Assembly: GCA_965267575.1 (NCBI GenBank)
Contig: OZ254086.1
Span: forward strand, 1,312,001-1,376,000
Direction: 5' to 3'
Length of the DNA stretch: 64,000 nucleotides
Source: Calditrichales bacterium
Lineage (GTDB): Bacteria > Calditrichota > Calditrichia > Calditrichales > J004
The position numbers and the translations under genes are program-made. The notes beneath the pieces are model-generated. The model saw nothing but the letters and a program-made list of their open reading frames with translations, searched no databases and was not told the DNA's origin. The first letter of the stretch is position 1; every line of letters starts with the position of its first letter. Positions 26,771 through 39,937 of this stretch are shown in pieces.

Positions 26771-29227
26771 TTACTCTTCTTGATTATCTTCTTCTTCTAT
26801 TACTTCATCTTCCGATGCAACAATCCTGGCCATATCACCAACCACATCATTTTCCATAAGCCGGATGATCCGCACGCCTTGTGTATTTCGTCCTATAATA
26901 CTGATAAACTTTACCTTCTGGCGAATCACAATTCCGTTTTGGGTGATGACCATAATATCTTCTTCTTCATCCACTTCCGCCGCAGCAACAAGATTGCCGG
27001 TTTTGCCGGTTGTCTTCATGGCTATAATGCCGCTTCCACCTCTCTTTTGCAAGCGAAATTCTTCAACCGCTGTTCTTTTGCCATAGCCGTTTTCAGACAA
27101 GGTAAGCAGTGTTTTTGTCTCATCCGCCGGAACGGCTCCGATAACAAAGTCATCATCTTTGAGGCTGATCGCTTTTACACCGGTTGAGTTTCTGCCCATG
27201 CTTCTTACATCTTTTTCCGCAAAGCGTATCGATTTTCCATGGTGTGTAACGACGATAATATCATCTTCTCCGGATGTAACGTGTGCAGCTATAAGTCGGT
27301 CATTATCGCGGATATTTATAGCGATAATGCCGCCTTTGCGGGGACGGCTGTATTTAATCAATTCCGTTTTTTTAATGATTCCATTACGGGTAATCATCGT
27401 TATGTAACCGCCCAATGTAAAATCACGGATGGTTATAAACGTCTGGACTTTTTCATCTTTTTCAATATTGATCATATTGATAATAGGGCGTCCGCGAGAA
27501 GCTTTTCCACCTTGCGGGATGGCATAGACCTTAAGCCAGTAACAGCGCCCTTTGTCTGTGAAAAAGAGGATGTAATCATGTGTGCTGGCAACAAAAAGAT
27601 GCTCAACAAAGTCCTCATCGCGGAGCGATGCCCCGCTTACGCCTCTGCCGCCGCGGCGTTGCGTTTTATAGGCCGCAGCCGAAAAACGCTTGATAAATCC
27701 GCCATGGGAAATTGTGATAACGGTTTCTTCTTCCGTGATCAGGTCTTCCATGGTTATTTCTTCATAATTGGGAATGATTTCCGTAAGACGGTCATCCCCG
27801 TATTTTTCTTTTATTTCAGTCAGTTCATCTTTTACAATATCCAGCTGCTTCTGATCACTGGCCAGTATCGATTTTAACTCGTCAATAAGCTTTAACAGCT
27901 GCTGATACTCTTCCTCAATTTTATCACGCTCGAGGCCGGTTAATCGCTGCAATCTCATATCCAGGATTGCTTTTGCCTGAACTTCGGTAAGGCCAAACCG
28001 CTCCATCAGATTTTCCCTGGCCACATCAGGGTCGGAGGACGCGCGAATCATTGCAATAATCTCATCGATGTTGTCAATCGCAATACGCAGGCCCTCGAGG
28101 ATATGGGCCCGCTTTTCGGCCTGGTCCAGATCGAATCTTGTCCTGCGAACGATAATATCCACGCGATGGCGGATAAAATGCGTGATGATCTCTTTGAGAT
28201 TTAGCACGCGGGGCTGGCCGTTGACCAATGCCAGAAGAATGATACCAAATGTGATCTGCATTTGCGTTTGCTTATAGAGCACATTGAGGATTGCGTCCGG
28301 ATCAAAATCCCTTTTAACCTCGATAACAACACGCAATCCGCGTCTGTCCGATTCATCGCGCAGATCCGATATACCCTCCAGCTTTTTCTCCTTCACCAGT
28401 TCAACAATCTTTTTTATGAGGTTTAGTTTATTGACCTGGTAAGGGATTTCGGTGATCACGATTCTGGTTCTGCCGTTCTTAAGCTCCTCGGTATGCGAGC
28501 GTGCACGAACAATCACCTTACCGCGCCCGGTCAGATAAGCCCGCTTAACCTCTTCAATACCGTAAATGATACCGGCGGTCGGAAAATCCGGACCCTTAAG
28601 GTGCTGCATCAAATCCAGAATATCTATTTCAGGGTCATCGATCACGGCCTTTACTGCGTCAACAACTTCACTGAGATTATGCGGCGGAATGTTTGTTGCC
28701 ATACCAACGGCAATACCGGCCGAACCGTTTACCAGAAGAGTGGGAACGCGCGAAGGCAAGACCGTCGGTTCATCGAGGGTGTCGTCAAAATTGCGCACAT
28801 AGTCTACAGTGTTTTTATCAATATCTGCCAGCAGCTCATCGCTGATTCTGGCCAGGCGAACCTCGGTGTATCGCATGGCCGCAGGGGAATCGCCATCCAC
28901 AGACCCGAAGTTACCCTGTCCGTCAACAAGAGTATATCTAAGTGAAAAGGGCTGCGCCATCCGCACGATTGTATCGTAAACGGCGGAGTCTCCGTGAGGG
29001 TGGTATTTACCAAGTACCTCACCGACAATTCTGGCGGATTTTTTGTGCGGCCGGCTAAAGGAAATACCCAGCTCGCGCATACCATACAGCACGCGGCGGT
29101 GTACCGGTTTCAGACCATCTCTAACATCGGGAAGAGCTCTCGCAACGATGACGGACATCGAATAATCGAGATAAGAATCCCGCATTTCCTCTTCAATTAA
29201 TATGGGAAGAATTCTTTCATCAGCCAT
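26771..29227 (-). CDS. gyrA: DNA gyrase subunit A
   Basis: [17 protein letters not shown], GyrA-box QRRGGRG. Confidence 0.98.
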   Translation of the reverse strand: MADERILPILIEEEMRDSYLDYSMSVIVARALPDVRDGLKPVHRRVLYGMRELGISFSRPHKKSARIVGEVLGKYHPHGDSAVYDTIVRMAQPFSLRYTLVDGQGNFGSVDGDSPAAMRYTEVRLARISDELLADIDKNTVDYVRNFDDTLDEPTVLPSRVPTLLVNGSAGIAVGMATNIPPHNLSEVVDAVKAVIDDPEIDILDLMQHLKGPDFPTAGIIYGIEEVKRAYLTGRGKVIVRARSHTEELKNGRTRIVITEIPYQVNKLNLIKKIVELVKEKKLEGISDLRDESDRRGLRVVIEVKRDFDPDAILNVLYKQTQMQITFGIILLALVNGQPRVLNLKEIITHFIRHRVDIIVRRTRFDLDQAEKRAHILEGLRIAIDNIDEIIAMIRASSDPDVARENLMERFGLTEVQAKAILDMRLQRLTGLERDKIEEEYQQLLKLIDELKSILASDQKQLDIVKDELTEIKEKYGDDRLTEIIPNYEEITMEDLITEEETVITISHGGFIKRFSAAAYKTQRRGGRGVSGASLRDEDFVEHLFVASTHDYILFFTDKGRCYWLKVYAIPQGGKASRGRPIINMINIEKDEKVQTFITIRDFTLGGYITMITRNGIIKKTELIKYSRPRKGGIIAINIRDNDRLIAAHVTSGEDDIIVVTHHGKSIRFAEKDVRSMGRNSTGVKAISLKDDDFVIGAVPADETKTLLTLSENGYGKRTAVEEFRLQKRGGSGIIAMKTTGKTGNLVAAAEVDEEEDIMVITQNGIVIRQKVKFISIIGRNTQGVRIIRLMENDVVGDMARIVASEDEVIEEEDNQEE

Positions 29228-29242
29228 AATCAGATGGATCTC

Positions 29243-31153
<1,911 letters not shown>

Positions 31154-31167
31154 TTATTCTATTTTCC

Positions 31168-31458
31168 TCAAACAATTCTAAGACCGCTAATCTTAAAAGA
31201 ACGAAATTCATTTTTAATTCTTGTAAGTATGATTTCACTGTTTTCTAAAAACTCCTTTTTCCAGGCAGGATCATCAACCTGCATTACAATCAGCCCGGAC
31301 TCTATGTCATAACGAACAAAAGATACATGACGTGTTATCTTTGGATCCCATTTTTTCCATCTTTTTTCAAAGTCCTTGCTTTCAACTAGCGCTTGCAGGT
31401 TACTATCCTTTAGCACTTTTTTTAATGTATCTCCGATAGGTTTATATCTACGCTTCAT
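31168..31458 (-). CDS. dciA: DciA / DUF721 family protein
   Basis: 96 aa in the canonical position between recF and gyrB; VDDPAWKKEF resembles the family motif. Confidence 0.72.
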   Translation of the reverse strand: MKRRYKPIGDTLKKVLKDSNLQALVESKDFEKRWKKWDPKITRHVSFVRYDIESGLIVMQVDDPAWKKEFLENSEIILTRIKNEFRSFKISGLRIV

Positions 31459-32566
31459 AATAAATCTGTTTATCAGCTACCTTTATCATTTTTGCTTCGT
31501 TACCCAGGCGGGCGTAAAAAGACTGTTTTGAAGTAGTTGTTATAAATGTTTGTCCGGATGAATTAAAGTTAATTAAAAAATTTTTAATCCGGTTATCATC
31601 AAGTTCCCCAAAAACATCATCCATCAGAAAAATAGCTGTCTTCTTTTTTGAATCCGATATGAATTCATTTTCAAGTAACTTTAGTGCTATGAGAAAGGTT
31701 TTGTTTTCGCCCTGTGAACCAAAGGCTTTTATCGGTTTTCCTTCTTTTAAAAACTCGATATCGTCCCTGTGTGGACCAATCGTCGCCCGAGCATTTTTTC
31801 TTTCTGATAGCTCATTATCAGCAAGTGCTTTTGTAAAATTTTCAGCCAGCTTTTTTGCTGAATATTCTCCGTTTGTCTTTACCGTCGAATTATAAATAAT
31901 ACTTATTTTCTCTTCCTTACTGGAGATTTTTCTGTAATAATCTCCAATTCTTTCATTTAGATATTGAACCAATTCAAGCCGGCTTTTAACTATTTCCGAT
32001 CCGTAAACCGCCATTTGCTGATTCCATAAATCGAGCTCTTTATCAATTAATCTTTTATCTTCAGAATTAAGCAGCCTGTTTTTTTGATTAACAACGCGTT
32101 TGTAATTCTGTAGATTTATCAAATATTCTTTACTTACCTGTGATAACAGAATGTCTGCAAAACGTCTTCTTGACGACGGAACACCGTATGTGATGTCCAA
32201 ATCTTCCAAAGAAAGGAGGGTCACGGGGATATAACCGATTAACTCCGAAAATGCTTTTATTTTTTGATTATTCAAAAAGGCGTGTTTGCCATCTTTAGAA
32301 GAATAATAAAGTCTCAATTTGGTTGTACGGTCAACACCGTCAAAAAGGCTCCCTGTAATATCAAAAAAGCTGGCACTATTATTAACAGCCACTGCATCAT
32401 TTCCGGATCTAAAGCTTTTTGTTATAGCCAGATAATAGATGGCCTCCAAAAGCGTGGTTTTACCCTGGGCGTTAAGTCCGTGAATAATGTTTACAGCAGG
32501 GTGGAAATCAATTTCAATATTTTCAAAAAGTCGAAAATTTTTTAAAACTAATTTATTCAAAAACAT
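31448..32566 (-). CDS. recF: DNA replication and repair protein RecF
   Basis: GLNAQGKTTLLEAIY, GPHRDD, GSQGE, LMDDVFGELD. Confidence 0.96.
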   Translation of the reverse strand: MFLNKLVLKNFRLFENIEIDFHPAVNIIHGLNAQGKTTLLEAIYYLAITKSFRSGNDAVAVNNSASFFDITGSLFDGVDRTTKLRLYYSSKDGKHAFLNNQKIKAFSELIGYIPVTLLSLEDLDITYGVPSSRRRFADILLSQVSKEYLINLQNYKRVVNQKNRLLNSEDKRLIDKELDLWNQQMAVYGSEIVKSRLELVQYLNERIGDYYRKISSKEEKISIIYNSTVKTNGEYSAKKLAENFTKALADNELSERKNARATIGPHRDDIEFLKEGKPIKAFGSQGENKTFLIALKLLENEFISDSKKKTAIFLMDDVFGELDDNRIKNFLINFNSSGQTFITTTSKQSFYARLGNEAKMIKVADKQIYYEA

Positions 32567-33681
32567 TAATTTATGCGCACAGGCATAATTAACATAACAA
32601 TGTTTAGACCGTTACTTTCTTCCTGTACAGGATAAACAAGTGCGGGTCCGTCAGCATCGTTTACTGTAAAACGGATTGAACTGGTATCCAAGTGTCGCAA
32701 TAGATCTATCAGATAGTTTGCATTATAGGCTATATCCAGGGCATCGCCGGCATAATCACACTCTATCCGCTCATTAGCTTCTCCGCCAAAATCAATATCC
32801 TGTGCTGAAACACTTACTATATTTGTGTTCAACCCGAGGCGTATTTGAGACGTAATAGGATTTGAAAAAAGCGAAACACGTTTGACGGAGGAAATAAAAT
32901 TACTTCTTTCAATAACAAATTCTTTAGAAAATTCAGCCGGGATAACCCGTTCATAATCAGGATAAGGTTCATTTATTATACGTGAGTAAATCTTTGTTTC
33001 AGGAAGTTCAAACAGAACGTGGTTTTCGCTAAGAGTAAATACCTGATCGCCGTTTTCAGGAAGGTTGCGTGCAACAAAGTTGAGTGCTTTAGTCGGAATA
33101 ATTAAATCGCGCGTAAACCCGGAACCCTTAAATTCCGTATCGAGAATTTTTACAAGGCGATGGCCATCGGTCGCAACCATTCTGAATTCATTTTCAAGAA
33201 TCTGGCATAATACGCCTGTTAATGCCGGACGAAAATGATCGGTTGAACAAGCAAAAATTGTTTTTTCAATCATCTTTTTAAAATGATTGTTTGATATGCT
33301 TGTCTTTTGTTCGGTATCGACTTCAGGAGTAGAAGGAAAGTCAGACTTACTTTCTCCGGAAAGTTTATATTCTCCCAAATCGGATTTTATCAATATTTTA
33401 AGATTTGAATCAGCGGTGAATTCAATTTTAGTATTAGGCAGTTCCCGAATGATATCCATCAACAGTTTTCCGGGAATGGTAATTTCACCTTCCGTTTCAA
33501 CATCACAATCAGTCCAGGATATCTGTGTTATTTCGAGATCAGTTGCAGTTATTTGAAGACGACCGTCTTTTGCGGATAATAATACGTTATATAAAATATC
33601 AACGGTAGATTTAGTAGGAATTACATTTATTACCTTTTGAAGAGCTTTGTGAAAACCGTCGCGCGCAACTGTAAATTTCAT
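32566..33681 (-). CDS. dnaN: DNA polymerase III beta sliding clamp
   Basis: ATDLEI, RPALTGV, VATDGHRL, YPDYERVIP, LIMPVR; GGAGG RBS. Confidence 0.97.
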   Translation of the reverse strand: MKFTVARDGFHKALQKVINVIPTKSTVDILYNVLLSAKDGRLQITATDLEITQISWTDCDVETEGEITIPGKLLMDIIRELPNTKIEFTADSNLKILIKSDLGEYKLSGESKSDFPSTPEVDTEQKTSISNNHFKKMIEKTIFACSTDHFRPALTGVLCQILENEFRMVATDGHRLVKILDTEFKGSGFTRDLIIPTKALNFVARNLPENGDQVFTLSENHVLFELPETKIYSRIINEPYPDYERVIPAEFSKEFVIERSNFISSVKRVSLFSNPITSQIRLGLNTNIVSVSAQDIDFGGEANERIECDYAGDALDIAYNANYLIDLLRHLDTSSIRFTVNDADGPALVYPVQEESNGLNIVMLIMPVRIN

Positions 33682-33710
33682 CGATCCTCCCTGTCCCTTA
33701 AAAACTTTCG

Positions 33711-33739
33711 AAATTAACCAAATAGTAGGAATAGGTCAA
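33711..33739 (-). promoter_or_regulatory. Putative dnaN promoter
   Basis: Minus strand TTGACC-17 nt-TAATTT, about 30 nt upstream of the start codon. Confidence 0.6.
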
Positions 33740-34080
33740 GGTAACAATTAGATGTCTTTTTATCATTATTAATATTAAGAATTTAATATATAATTCATTT
33801 TAGTAGTATATGATGTTGATATGTTTATAACCCTGCTTAAGACCCGAAAAATAAGAGAAGGATTAAAAAATAATTATGTGTATGAAAAAGCAAAATCAAT
33901 GGATAATACAATTTAAATCGAAGATTGAATTATGAAATTAATGCTTATTAACATGCAATAAAGATTTTGTACACATAGTTATTAACAACACATATAGATT
34001 AAATAAGCTGTTGTTTTTACTTATTTTGCAGTTAAAAAAATAAAAAAATACATATTTTGCTTGCACAGATATTTTTTATT
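33740..34080. other. Chromosomal replication origin (oriC)
   Basis: Very AT-rich intergenic region between dnaN and rpmH. DnaA-box-like 9-mers (each 7/9 to TTATCCACA) at 33814, 33822, 33877, 33898 (minus) and 33945, 33967, 33979 (plus). TAGTAG trios next to the tandem boxes. Gene orientation diverges here. Confidence 0.85.
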
Positions 34081-34118
34081 TAAATTATGAGTCTTTTACG
34101 AAAATAATTGGAGGTAAA

Positions 34119-34277
34119 ATGAAACGCACTTTTCAACCAAGCAATAGAAAGAGAAAAAATAAGCACGGGTTTAGGGAAAGAATGCAATCCAAAAACGGAC
34201 GTGCTGTTTTGGCCAGAAGACGCGCAAAGGGAAGAAAACGCCTGTCTGTTAGTGATGAATATAATAGGTCAGCCTAG
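34119..34277 (+). CDS. rpmH: 50S ribosomal protein L34
   Basis: Manual translation [60 protein letters not shown]; below the ORF-track length cutoff. Confidence 0.97.
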   Translation: MKRTFQPSNRKRKNKHGFRERMQSKNGRAVLARRRAKGRKRLSVSDEYNRSA

Positions 34278-34596
34278 TATTTCGACAATTACTAAGAAAA
34301 ACGAAATTAGCCGAATATTTAAAGAGGGTAAAAAAGTACATACCGTATTTGGCCCGGTATTTTTATTAAAAACAAAAGATACCGATATGCGGACAGCTAT
34401 ACTTGTAAAAAGTAAAATAGGTAATGCCGTATACAGGAATAAACTAAAGAGACGCGTACGTCATTTTATAAGAACACATATCACCCTGTTTGATGAATAT
34501 AACAGGGTGATATTTTTATTAAGAGCAGATAAAGAAAATTCTGCTTCTTATAAAAATATAAAAAAAGAATTTGAGTTAAGGCTTCATTTAGGATGA
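34255..34596 (+). CDS. rnpA: Ribonuclease P protein component
   Basis: [16 protein letters not shown] (RNR motif); position after rpmH; start at ATG 34255. Confidence 0.9.
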   Translation: MNIIGQPSISTITKKNEISRIFKEGKKVHTVFGPVFLLKTKDTDMRTAILVKSKIGNAVYRNKLKRRVRHFIRTHITLFDEYNRVIFLLRADKENSASYKNIKKEFELRLHLG

Positions 34597-34826
34597 AAGT
34601 CCTTTTGTTAATTATTCGCCTGTATCAAAAATGGATATCTCCATTATTCCCGCCTTCTTGTCGTTTTTATCCGACTTGCAGTGAGTATGCTTACCAATCA
34701 CTTAAAGTGCATGGTTTTTTTAAGGGTAGCTGGTATTCTGTAATCAGGATTTTGAAATGTCATCCGTTTCATCCGGGCGGTTTTGATCCCGTAAAGGAAA
34801 AAAAGGAAGTTTTGAAAAATGGATAA
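34593..34826 (+). CDS. yidD: Membrane protein insertion efficiency factor
   Basis: [30 protein letters not shown]. Confidence 0.96.
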   Translation: MKVLLLIIRLYQKWISPLFPPSCRFYPTCSEYAYQSLKVHGFFKGSWYSVIRILKCHPFHPGGFDPVKEKKEVLKNG

Positions 34827-36588
34827 AAAGTCACTCATCGCAATGTTGTTTATTGCGGTCATTCTGATATTGATGCCCTATTATAATGAATATATCCTGG
34901 GCGTTAAACCACAAGAGGAAACGCAGCAACAGAGTGCCGCGGATACAACTGCTATTAATGATACTGTTATTTCAGAGGTTACACAGCCGGAAACTGAATT
35001 GCCCGTAGCAGATGAAAATATCAGGCAAAAGGAGGTTATCAACGATTCCTTGAAGAGAATCATTGTTATAAATACTGAAAATTATAGCGCTGAGTTTTCT
35101 AATATAGGTGGAGGCAGTCTAAAGAATTTTGTTCTGAATGATTACATCAAATATGATTCCACGCAGGTAAATATGATAAGCGAGGAATTACAAAATGGGA
35201 TCACTGTTTCATTTCAGGATGTTAGTGGAAAATATATATCATTAGAAGATTTTGTTTTTAAAGTAAATGAAGATAGAGAAGAAGTAGAAATCAAGCCAGG
35301 TGAAAAATACGTTTTAAAGTATAGCTATAACTATAACGGAAGCCTAATTGAAAAGACGTTTATTTTTTATGGCAGCACATATCATTTTGATTTTGTGGTT
35401 TCCTTTTCTGAGCCGGATGAAGTACTCTTAAATAGGCAATACCAGGTTAACTGGGTTAACGGCCTTCCCTCGACAGAAACATATTTGGCTGATGATAATG
35501 AATATAAATTGGCAATCGCTTATATGGCCGATGAGTTGGTGGATTTTAAAGTAAGCGAAGCCGGTGAAACAGAAAGGCAAAGTCTATCCGGTACGGCTGA
35601 ATGGATAGCACTGCGCACGAAGTACTTTATTTCCAGTATCTCCAATAAAAATGCCAATGTTTCTGAAGGTGTTTATTTTGAAGGATTTGGTATAGAGTTT
35701 CCTGATTTTATTAAAAGGATTTATAACGCTGGCTATTATGTCAATTATGAAGGAAAGCCGGATAGTTTTATGGTCTATATTGGTCCTTTGGATCATAGGC
35801 AGCTGGGTCAGTATTCCAATCACCTTGATGAAATGATCATGAACAATGGTTGGTATGAGAGGCTGTTCCGGCCAATTAGCCTTTTGATTTTGCCGATTCT
35901 TGAGTTTCTGTATTCCTTTATTCCTAATTACGGGATAGTAATAATAATTTTTTCGATAATTATTAAGCTTGTTCTTTATCCATTGACCAAAAAGAGCTAC
36001 CACTCAATGAAAAAGATGCAGGTGGTTCAACCTAAAATGGCCGAGCTGCGGGAAAAATATAAAGGTGATCCGCAACGCCTTAATAAAGAAATGATGAAGA
36101 TGTACCAGGAGTACGGTGTTAATCCTTTAGGTGGTTGTTTGCCGATGCTGCTGCAGATGCCTTTGCTTATCGCGCTATTTATTGTATTCAGAAGTACAAT
36201 TCAGTTGCGGGGTGCAGGTTTCATCCCGGGGTGGATTCCGGATCTATCGCAAACGGATACACTTTTTACACTGCCTTTTTCATTACCGTTTTACGGAAAT
36301 GAGTTTAACCTTCTTCCCGTATTAATGGCGTTAACGATGTTTTTTCAAACCAAAATGACCATGCAGGATCCAAAGCAAAAGGCCATAGCTTATATCATGC
36401 CGATATTCATGCTGGCTATATTTAACAGATTTCCTGCAGGATTAAACCTTTATTATACAATGTTTAATCTGCTTACGATTATTCAGCAAAAGTTTATTCA
36501 CGTTGATGCAGAGAAAAAGGACAGCGGCGGCAAAAAAGGACTTGCTCCCGGAAAGAGCAATAAAAAACCAGGGAATAGAAAAAGATAA
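34819..36588 (+). CDS. yidC: Membrane protein insertase YidC
   Basis: [43 protein letters not shown]. Confidence 0.96.
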   Translation: MDKKSLIAMLFIAVILILMPYYNEYILGVKPQEETQQQSAADTTAINDTVISEVTQPETELPVADENIRQKEVINDSLKRIIVINTENYSAEFSNIGGGSLKNFVLNDYIKYDSTQVNMISEELQNGITVSFQDVSGKYISLEDFVFKVNEDREEVEIKPGEKYVLKYSYNYNGSLIEKTFIFYGSTYHFDFVVSFSEPDEVLLNRQYQVNWVNGLPSTETYLADDNEYKLAIAYMADELVDFKVSEAGETERQSLSGTAEWIALRTKYFISSISNKNANVSEGVYFEGFGIEFPDFIKRIYNAGYYVNYEGKPDSFMVYIGPLDHRQLGQYSNHLDEMIMNNGWYERLFRPISLLILPILEFLYSFIPNYGIVIIIFSIIIKLVLYPLTKKSYHSMKKMQVVQPKMAELREKYKGDPQRLNKEMMKMYQEYGVNPLGGCLPMLLQMPLLIALFIVFRSTIQLRGAGFIPGWIPDLSQTDTLFTLPFSLPFYGNEFNLLPVLMALTMFFQTKMTMQDPKQKAIAYIMPIFMLAIFNRFPAGLNLYYTMFNLLTIIQQKFIHVDAEKKDSGGKKGLAPGKSNKKPGNRKR

Positions 36589-36616
36589 AAGACAGCTCTG
36601 TTAAAAAGAGCTTTAC

Positions 36617-38008
36617 ATGACCGCAATCACGAAAGAAACCGACACCATAATCGCTCCGCTTACTTCGACAGGGGGCGGTACGGTGGCATTAATACGAATA
36701 TCCGGGCCTGATGCTATTACCATCTGTGCCCGTTTTTTTAAGCCTCATAATTTGCTTGATAGTGAAGGAGGGCGCTTTTTTTATGGTCGCCTGATCAAAC
36801 CCGATAAGGCGATTGTAGATGAAGTATTGGTATATGTTTTTAAATCGCCAAATTCCTTTACGGGTGAGGATGTAATTGAAATAAGCTGCCATAATAATAT
36901 CTTTATCCTGGAAGATATTATTCAAATGCTTGTTGACGCCGGATGCAGGCTGGCTGAACCGGGAGAGTTTTCCAAGCGGGCTTTTCTAAATAATAAAATA
37001 GATTTGGTTCAGGCTGAAGCTATCGCTGATCTGATTGCGGCAAAATCCAGGGCGAGCACGCGAAATTCTCTTAAAATGCTTGAAGGTCGCCTTTCCAATG
37101 AGCTAAAAATGCTTAAGGAAAAGCTTATTAAAGCAGCGTCGATGTTGGAACTAGAACTAGATTTTAGCGAGGAAGATCTCGAAATCATCCCGGATGAAGA
37201 ATTACTTAAGATTCTGGATGGGATTATTTCTTTTACGAGGAAATTACAATCGAGCTATAAAAACAGTAGAATGCTTCATAAAGGCGCAGAAGTACTTATT
37301 GCCGGAAAACCAAATGTTGGAAAGTCCAGCTTGATGAATGCGCTCTTAAACAAGGACCGCGTTATCGTTTCAAGCATTCCCGGTACGACGCGTGATCTAA
37401 TACATGAAGACATTTTGATGGATGATGTTCTTGTCCGGCTTATAGACACAGCCGGAATCCGGTTTACTGAGGATGAAATTGAAGCTGAAGGAGTAAACAG
37501 AGCAAAAAGCCTTCTGCATGATTCTGATATGGTACTTTTTCTAATAGACCTGTCTGATGAAGTAAGTGCCGATGAAAAGGAAATGCTTGAAAGTCTGCTT
37601 AATCATGTTGGCGAACACGTCATTCTGGTAGGGAATAAAACAGATTTAAAGCATCACCCGCAGAGCAGAGACTTTTACGGTAAAACAAAAGCGCACAAGG
37701 TAAATATATCGGCCCATGACGGGGAGGGCCTTGACGGCCTAAAAAAGCTGATCACCAATACGGTTAAGAAGTCTTTTACCCAATCTCAAGAGGATATTCT
37801 CATTACAAATCAGCGCCAGTTCAACGTATTGGGTCGTGTTGAAAAAGGGTTGGCACAAGCAAAAGAAGCCTTGAATTCAAAAATGAGTTCCGAGTTTATA
37901 GCGATTCACATACGCGATGCTATAGACGCTTTGTCCGAGCTGACAGGTGTTATTAGCACAGATGACATTTTAAATTCAATATTTAAGGGTTTTTGTATCG
38001 GCAAATAA
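36617..38008 (+). CDS. mnmE: tRNA modification GTPase MnmE
   Basis: SFTGED, GEFSKRAFLN, GKPNVGKSS, GTTRD, DTAG, FCIGK. Confidence 0.97.
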   Translation: MTAITKETDTIIAPLTSTGGGTVALIRISGPDAITICARFFKPHNLLDSEGGRFFYGRLIKPDKAIVDEVLVYVFKSPNSFTGEDVIEISCHNNIFILEDIIQMLVDAGCRLAEPGEFSKRAFLNNKIDLVQAEAIADLIAAKSRASTRNSLKMLEGRLSNELKMLKEKLIKAASMLELELDFSEEDLEIIPDEELLKILDGIISFTRKLQSSYKNSRMLHKGAEVLIAGKPNVGKSSLMNALLNKDRVIVSSIPGTTRDLIHEDILMDDVLVRLIDTAGIRFTEDEIEAEGVNRAKSLLHDSDMVLFLIDLSDEVSADEKEMLESLLNHVGEHVILVGNKTDLKHHPQSRDFYGKTKAHKVNISAHDGEGLDGLKKLITNTVKKSFTQSQEDILITNQRQFNVLGRVEKGLAQAKEALNSKMSSEFIAIHIRDAIDALSELTGVISTDDILNSIFKGFCIGK

Positions 38009-38017
38009 GCGCCGAAT

Positions 38018-38033
38018 AGTTCCACGTGAAACA
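38018..38033. promoter_or_regulatory. parS site
   Basis: AGTTCCACGTGAAACA, 14/16 to the TGTTTCACGTGAAACA consensus; in the mnmE-mnmG spacer. Confidence 0.88.
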
Positions 38034-38044
38034 TATAATGATTT

Positions 38045-39937
38045 ATGAACAGATATTTTGATATAGCCGTGGTTGGCGGCGGACATGCCGGAATTGAAGC
38101 AGCGCTTGTTGCTGCCAATATGGGTCTTAGGACTGCTTTGATTTCTCTTGAGGCCAATAAAATTGGACTGATGTCCTGTAATCCTGCTATCGGAGGCTTG
38201 GCCAAAGGTCAGTTGGTTCGGGAAATAGATGCCCTTGGTGGCTACATGGGCAAAATAATAGACAGGGCAGGCATTCATTTTAAGATGCTAAACATGTCCA
38301 AGGGTCCGGCAGTGCAATCTCCGAGGGCCCAGGCCGACCGTAAAATGTATGCCTCTGTGGCGCAGGATTTTATCCGCCAAAATACGAATATTACGATAAT
38401 TGAAGACATGGCTACGGCTCTTTCCGTTGATGGCGAAACGGTCGACGCTGTTTTGCTTGAGAAGGGCGGGTGGTTGCCGGTGAAGGCGGCGGTGATAACG
38501 GCGGGTACGTTCTTAAACGGCATTATCCATGTTGGAACCCAGCATATGGCTGCGGGCAGGGCAGGGGAGTTGCCCGCCAGAGGCATAACCGAATCGCTGA
38601 TTGAGCTGGGTTTTCGATCGGGGCGACTTAAAACCGGAACACCCCCGCGCATTGATCGGCGTAGTATTGATTACTCGAAGCTGGAAAAGCAGGCAGCGGA
38701 CGAATCGCCCACACCATTCTCTTTCTCAAACGAGCAAATAAAGCAAAAACAGATTGATTGCTATATTACTTATACCAACGGCAAAACCCATGATATTTTG
38801 CGCGAGGGCTTTAGCCGTTCTCCCATGTTTACCGGCAGAATCAAAGCCATCGGACCGCGGTATTGTCCCTCTATTGAGGATAAAATAGACCGTTTCGCTG
38901 ACAAGCTGCGTCATCAAATCTTCCTGGAGCCGGAGGGCTACATCAATAATGAGGTGTATGTGAACGGTTTTTCCACCAGCTTGCCAGGCGAAATTCAGGA
39001 GCGCGCATTGCGTACCGTGGCCGGCCTGGAGAAAGCACATATATTAAGATTGGGTTATGCCGTAGAATATGACTTTTTTCCGCCGGATCAACTCAAAGCT
39101 TCGCTCGAAACAAAAATGGTTTCAAACCTCTTTTTTGCCGGACAAATAAACGGTACCTCCGGATACGAGGAAGCAGCAGCCCAGGGATTTATGGCTGGCC
39201 TTAACGCTGCGTTAAAGCTAAAGGGCGAAAAAAGGCCGTTCATATTAAAAAGATCGGAAGCTTATATCGGCGTGCTGGTGGATGATTTAATAAATAAAAT
39301 CCATGAAGAGCCGTACCGCATGTTTACCTCGCGGGCTGAGTTTAGGCTTATTCTTCGTCAGGACAATGCGGATCTCAGGCTAATGGCCTATGGCAGGGAA
39401 TTTGGACTTATCGATGATAAAACCTGGTCACGATTTAACAAGCGCGTAGCTGACATAGAGGCAATCAAAGAAAAAGAGCTGAACAAAAAAGTTGACCCTG
39501 CGATATTTAATGAGAGCTTTGAGGGTAAGAGTTCTCCTTTGGCGCACGCACAGACCGTAAAGCAATTAATAAAACGGCCGGAGTTGAAGTTAGCCGATTT
39601 GCTGGACCTTGTAAGCGATGAAAAATATATCGAATCTTCCGTAAAGGAGGTCGAATACGAAATAAAATACAGTGGTTACCTCGACAGACAACAGGCTTTG
39701 CTCGACAAATTTAACAAGATGGAATCCCAAAAAGTCCCGAATGATATTGATTACTATGCAATAACGGCTCTTTCCGCTGAAGCCAGGGAAAAGCTTGCGG
39801 CCATCCGGCCGGCTAATCTTGGTCAGACTTCCAGGGTTACCGGAGTAACCCCGGCCGATATTTCGGTATTGTTAATATATATCGAAAAGAGAAATTCATC
39901 GCGTAGCGTTTCACGTGAAACAGTTGATGCACGCTGA
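38045..39937 (+). CDS. mnmG: tRNA uridine modification enzyme MnmG (GidA)
   Basis: GGGHAG, MSCNPAIGG, LKTGTPPR, GPRYCPSIEDK, AGQINGTSGYEEAAAQG. Confidence 0.98.
   Translation: MNRYFDIAVVGGGHAGIEAALVAANMGLRTALISLEANKIGLMSCNPAIGGLAKGQLVREIDALGGYMGKIIDRAGIHFKMLNMSKGPAVQSPRAQADRKMYASVAQDFIRQNTNITIIEDMATALSVDGETVDAVLLEKGGWLPVKAAVITAGTFLNGIIHVGTQHMAAGRAGELPARGITESLIELGFRSGRLKTGTPPRIDRRSIDYSKLEKQAADESPTPFSFSNEQIKQKQIDCYITYTNGKTHDILREGFSRSPMFTGRIKAIGPRYCPSIEDKIDRFADKLRHQIFLEPEGYINNEVYVNGFSTSLPGEIQERALRTVAGLEKAHILRLGYAVEYDFFPPDQLKASLETKMVSNLFFAGQINGTSGYEEAAAQGFMAGLNAALKLKGEKRPFILKRSEAYIGVLVDDLINKIHEEPYRMFTSRAEFRLILRQDNADLRLMAYGREFGLIDDKTWSRFNKRVADIEAIKEKELNKKVDPAIFNESFEGKSSPLAHAQTVKQLIKRPELKLADLLDLVSDEKYIESSVKEVEYEIKYSGYLDRQQALLDKFNKMESQKVPNDIDYYAITALSAEAREKLAAIRPANLGQTSRVTGVTPADISVLLIYIEKRNSSRSVSRETVDAR
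39907..39922. promoter_or_regulatory. parS site within the mnmG 3' end
   Basis: CGTTTCACGTGAAACA, 15/16 to consensus; translated as VSRET. Confidence 0.9.

Noticed and set aside
34201-34254. N-terminal extension of RnpA in the ORF track
   Set aside because: It overlaps rpmH in another frame; ATG 34255 gives a normal-length RnpA.
36595-36614. AGCTCT/AGAGCT hairpin after yidC
   Set aside because: Short stem and weak U-tract; not enough to call a terminator.
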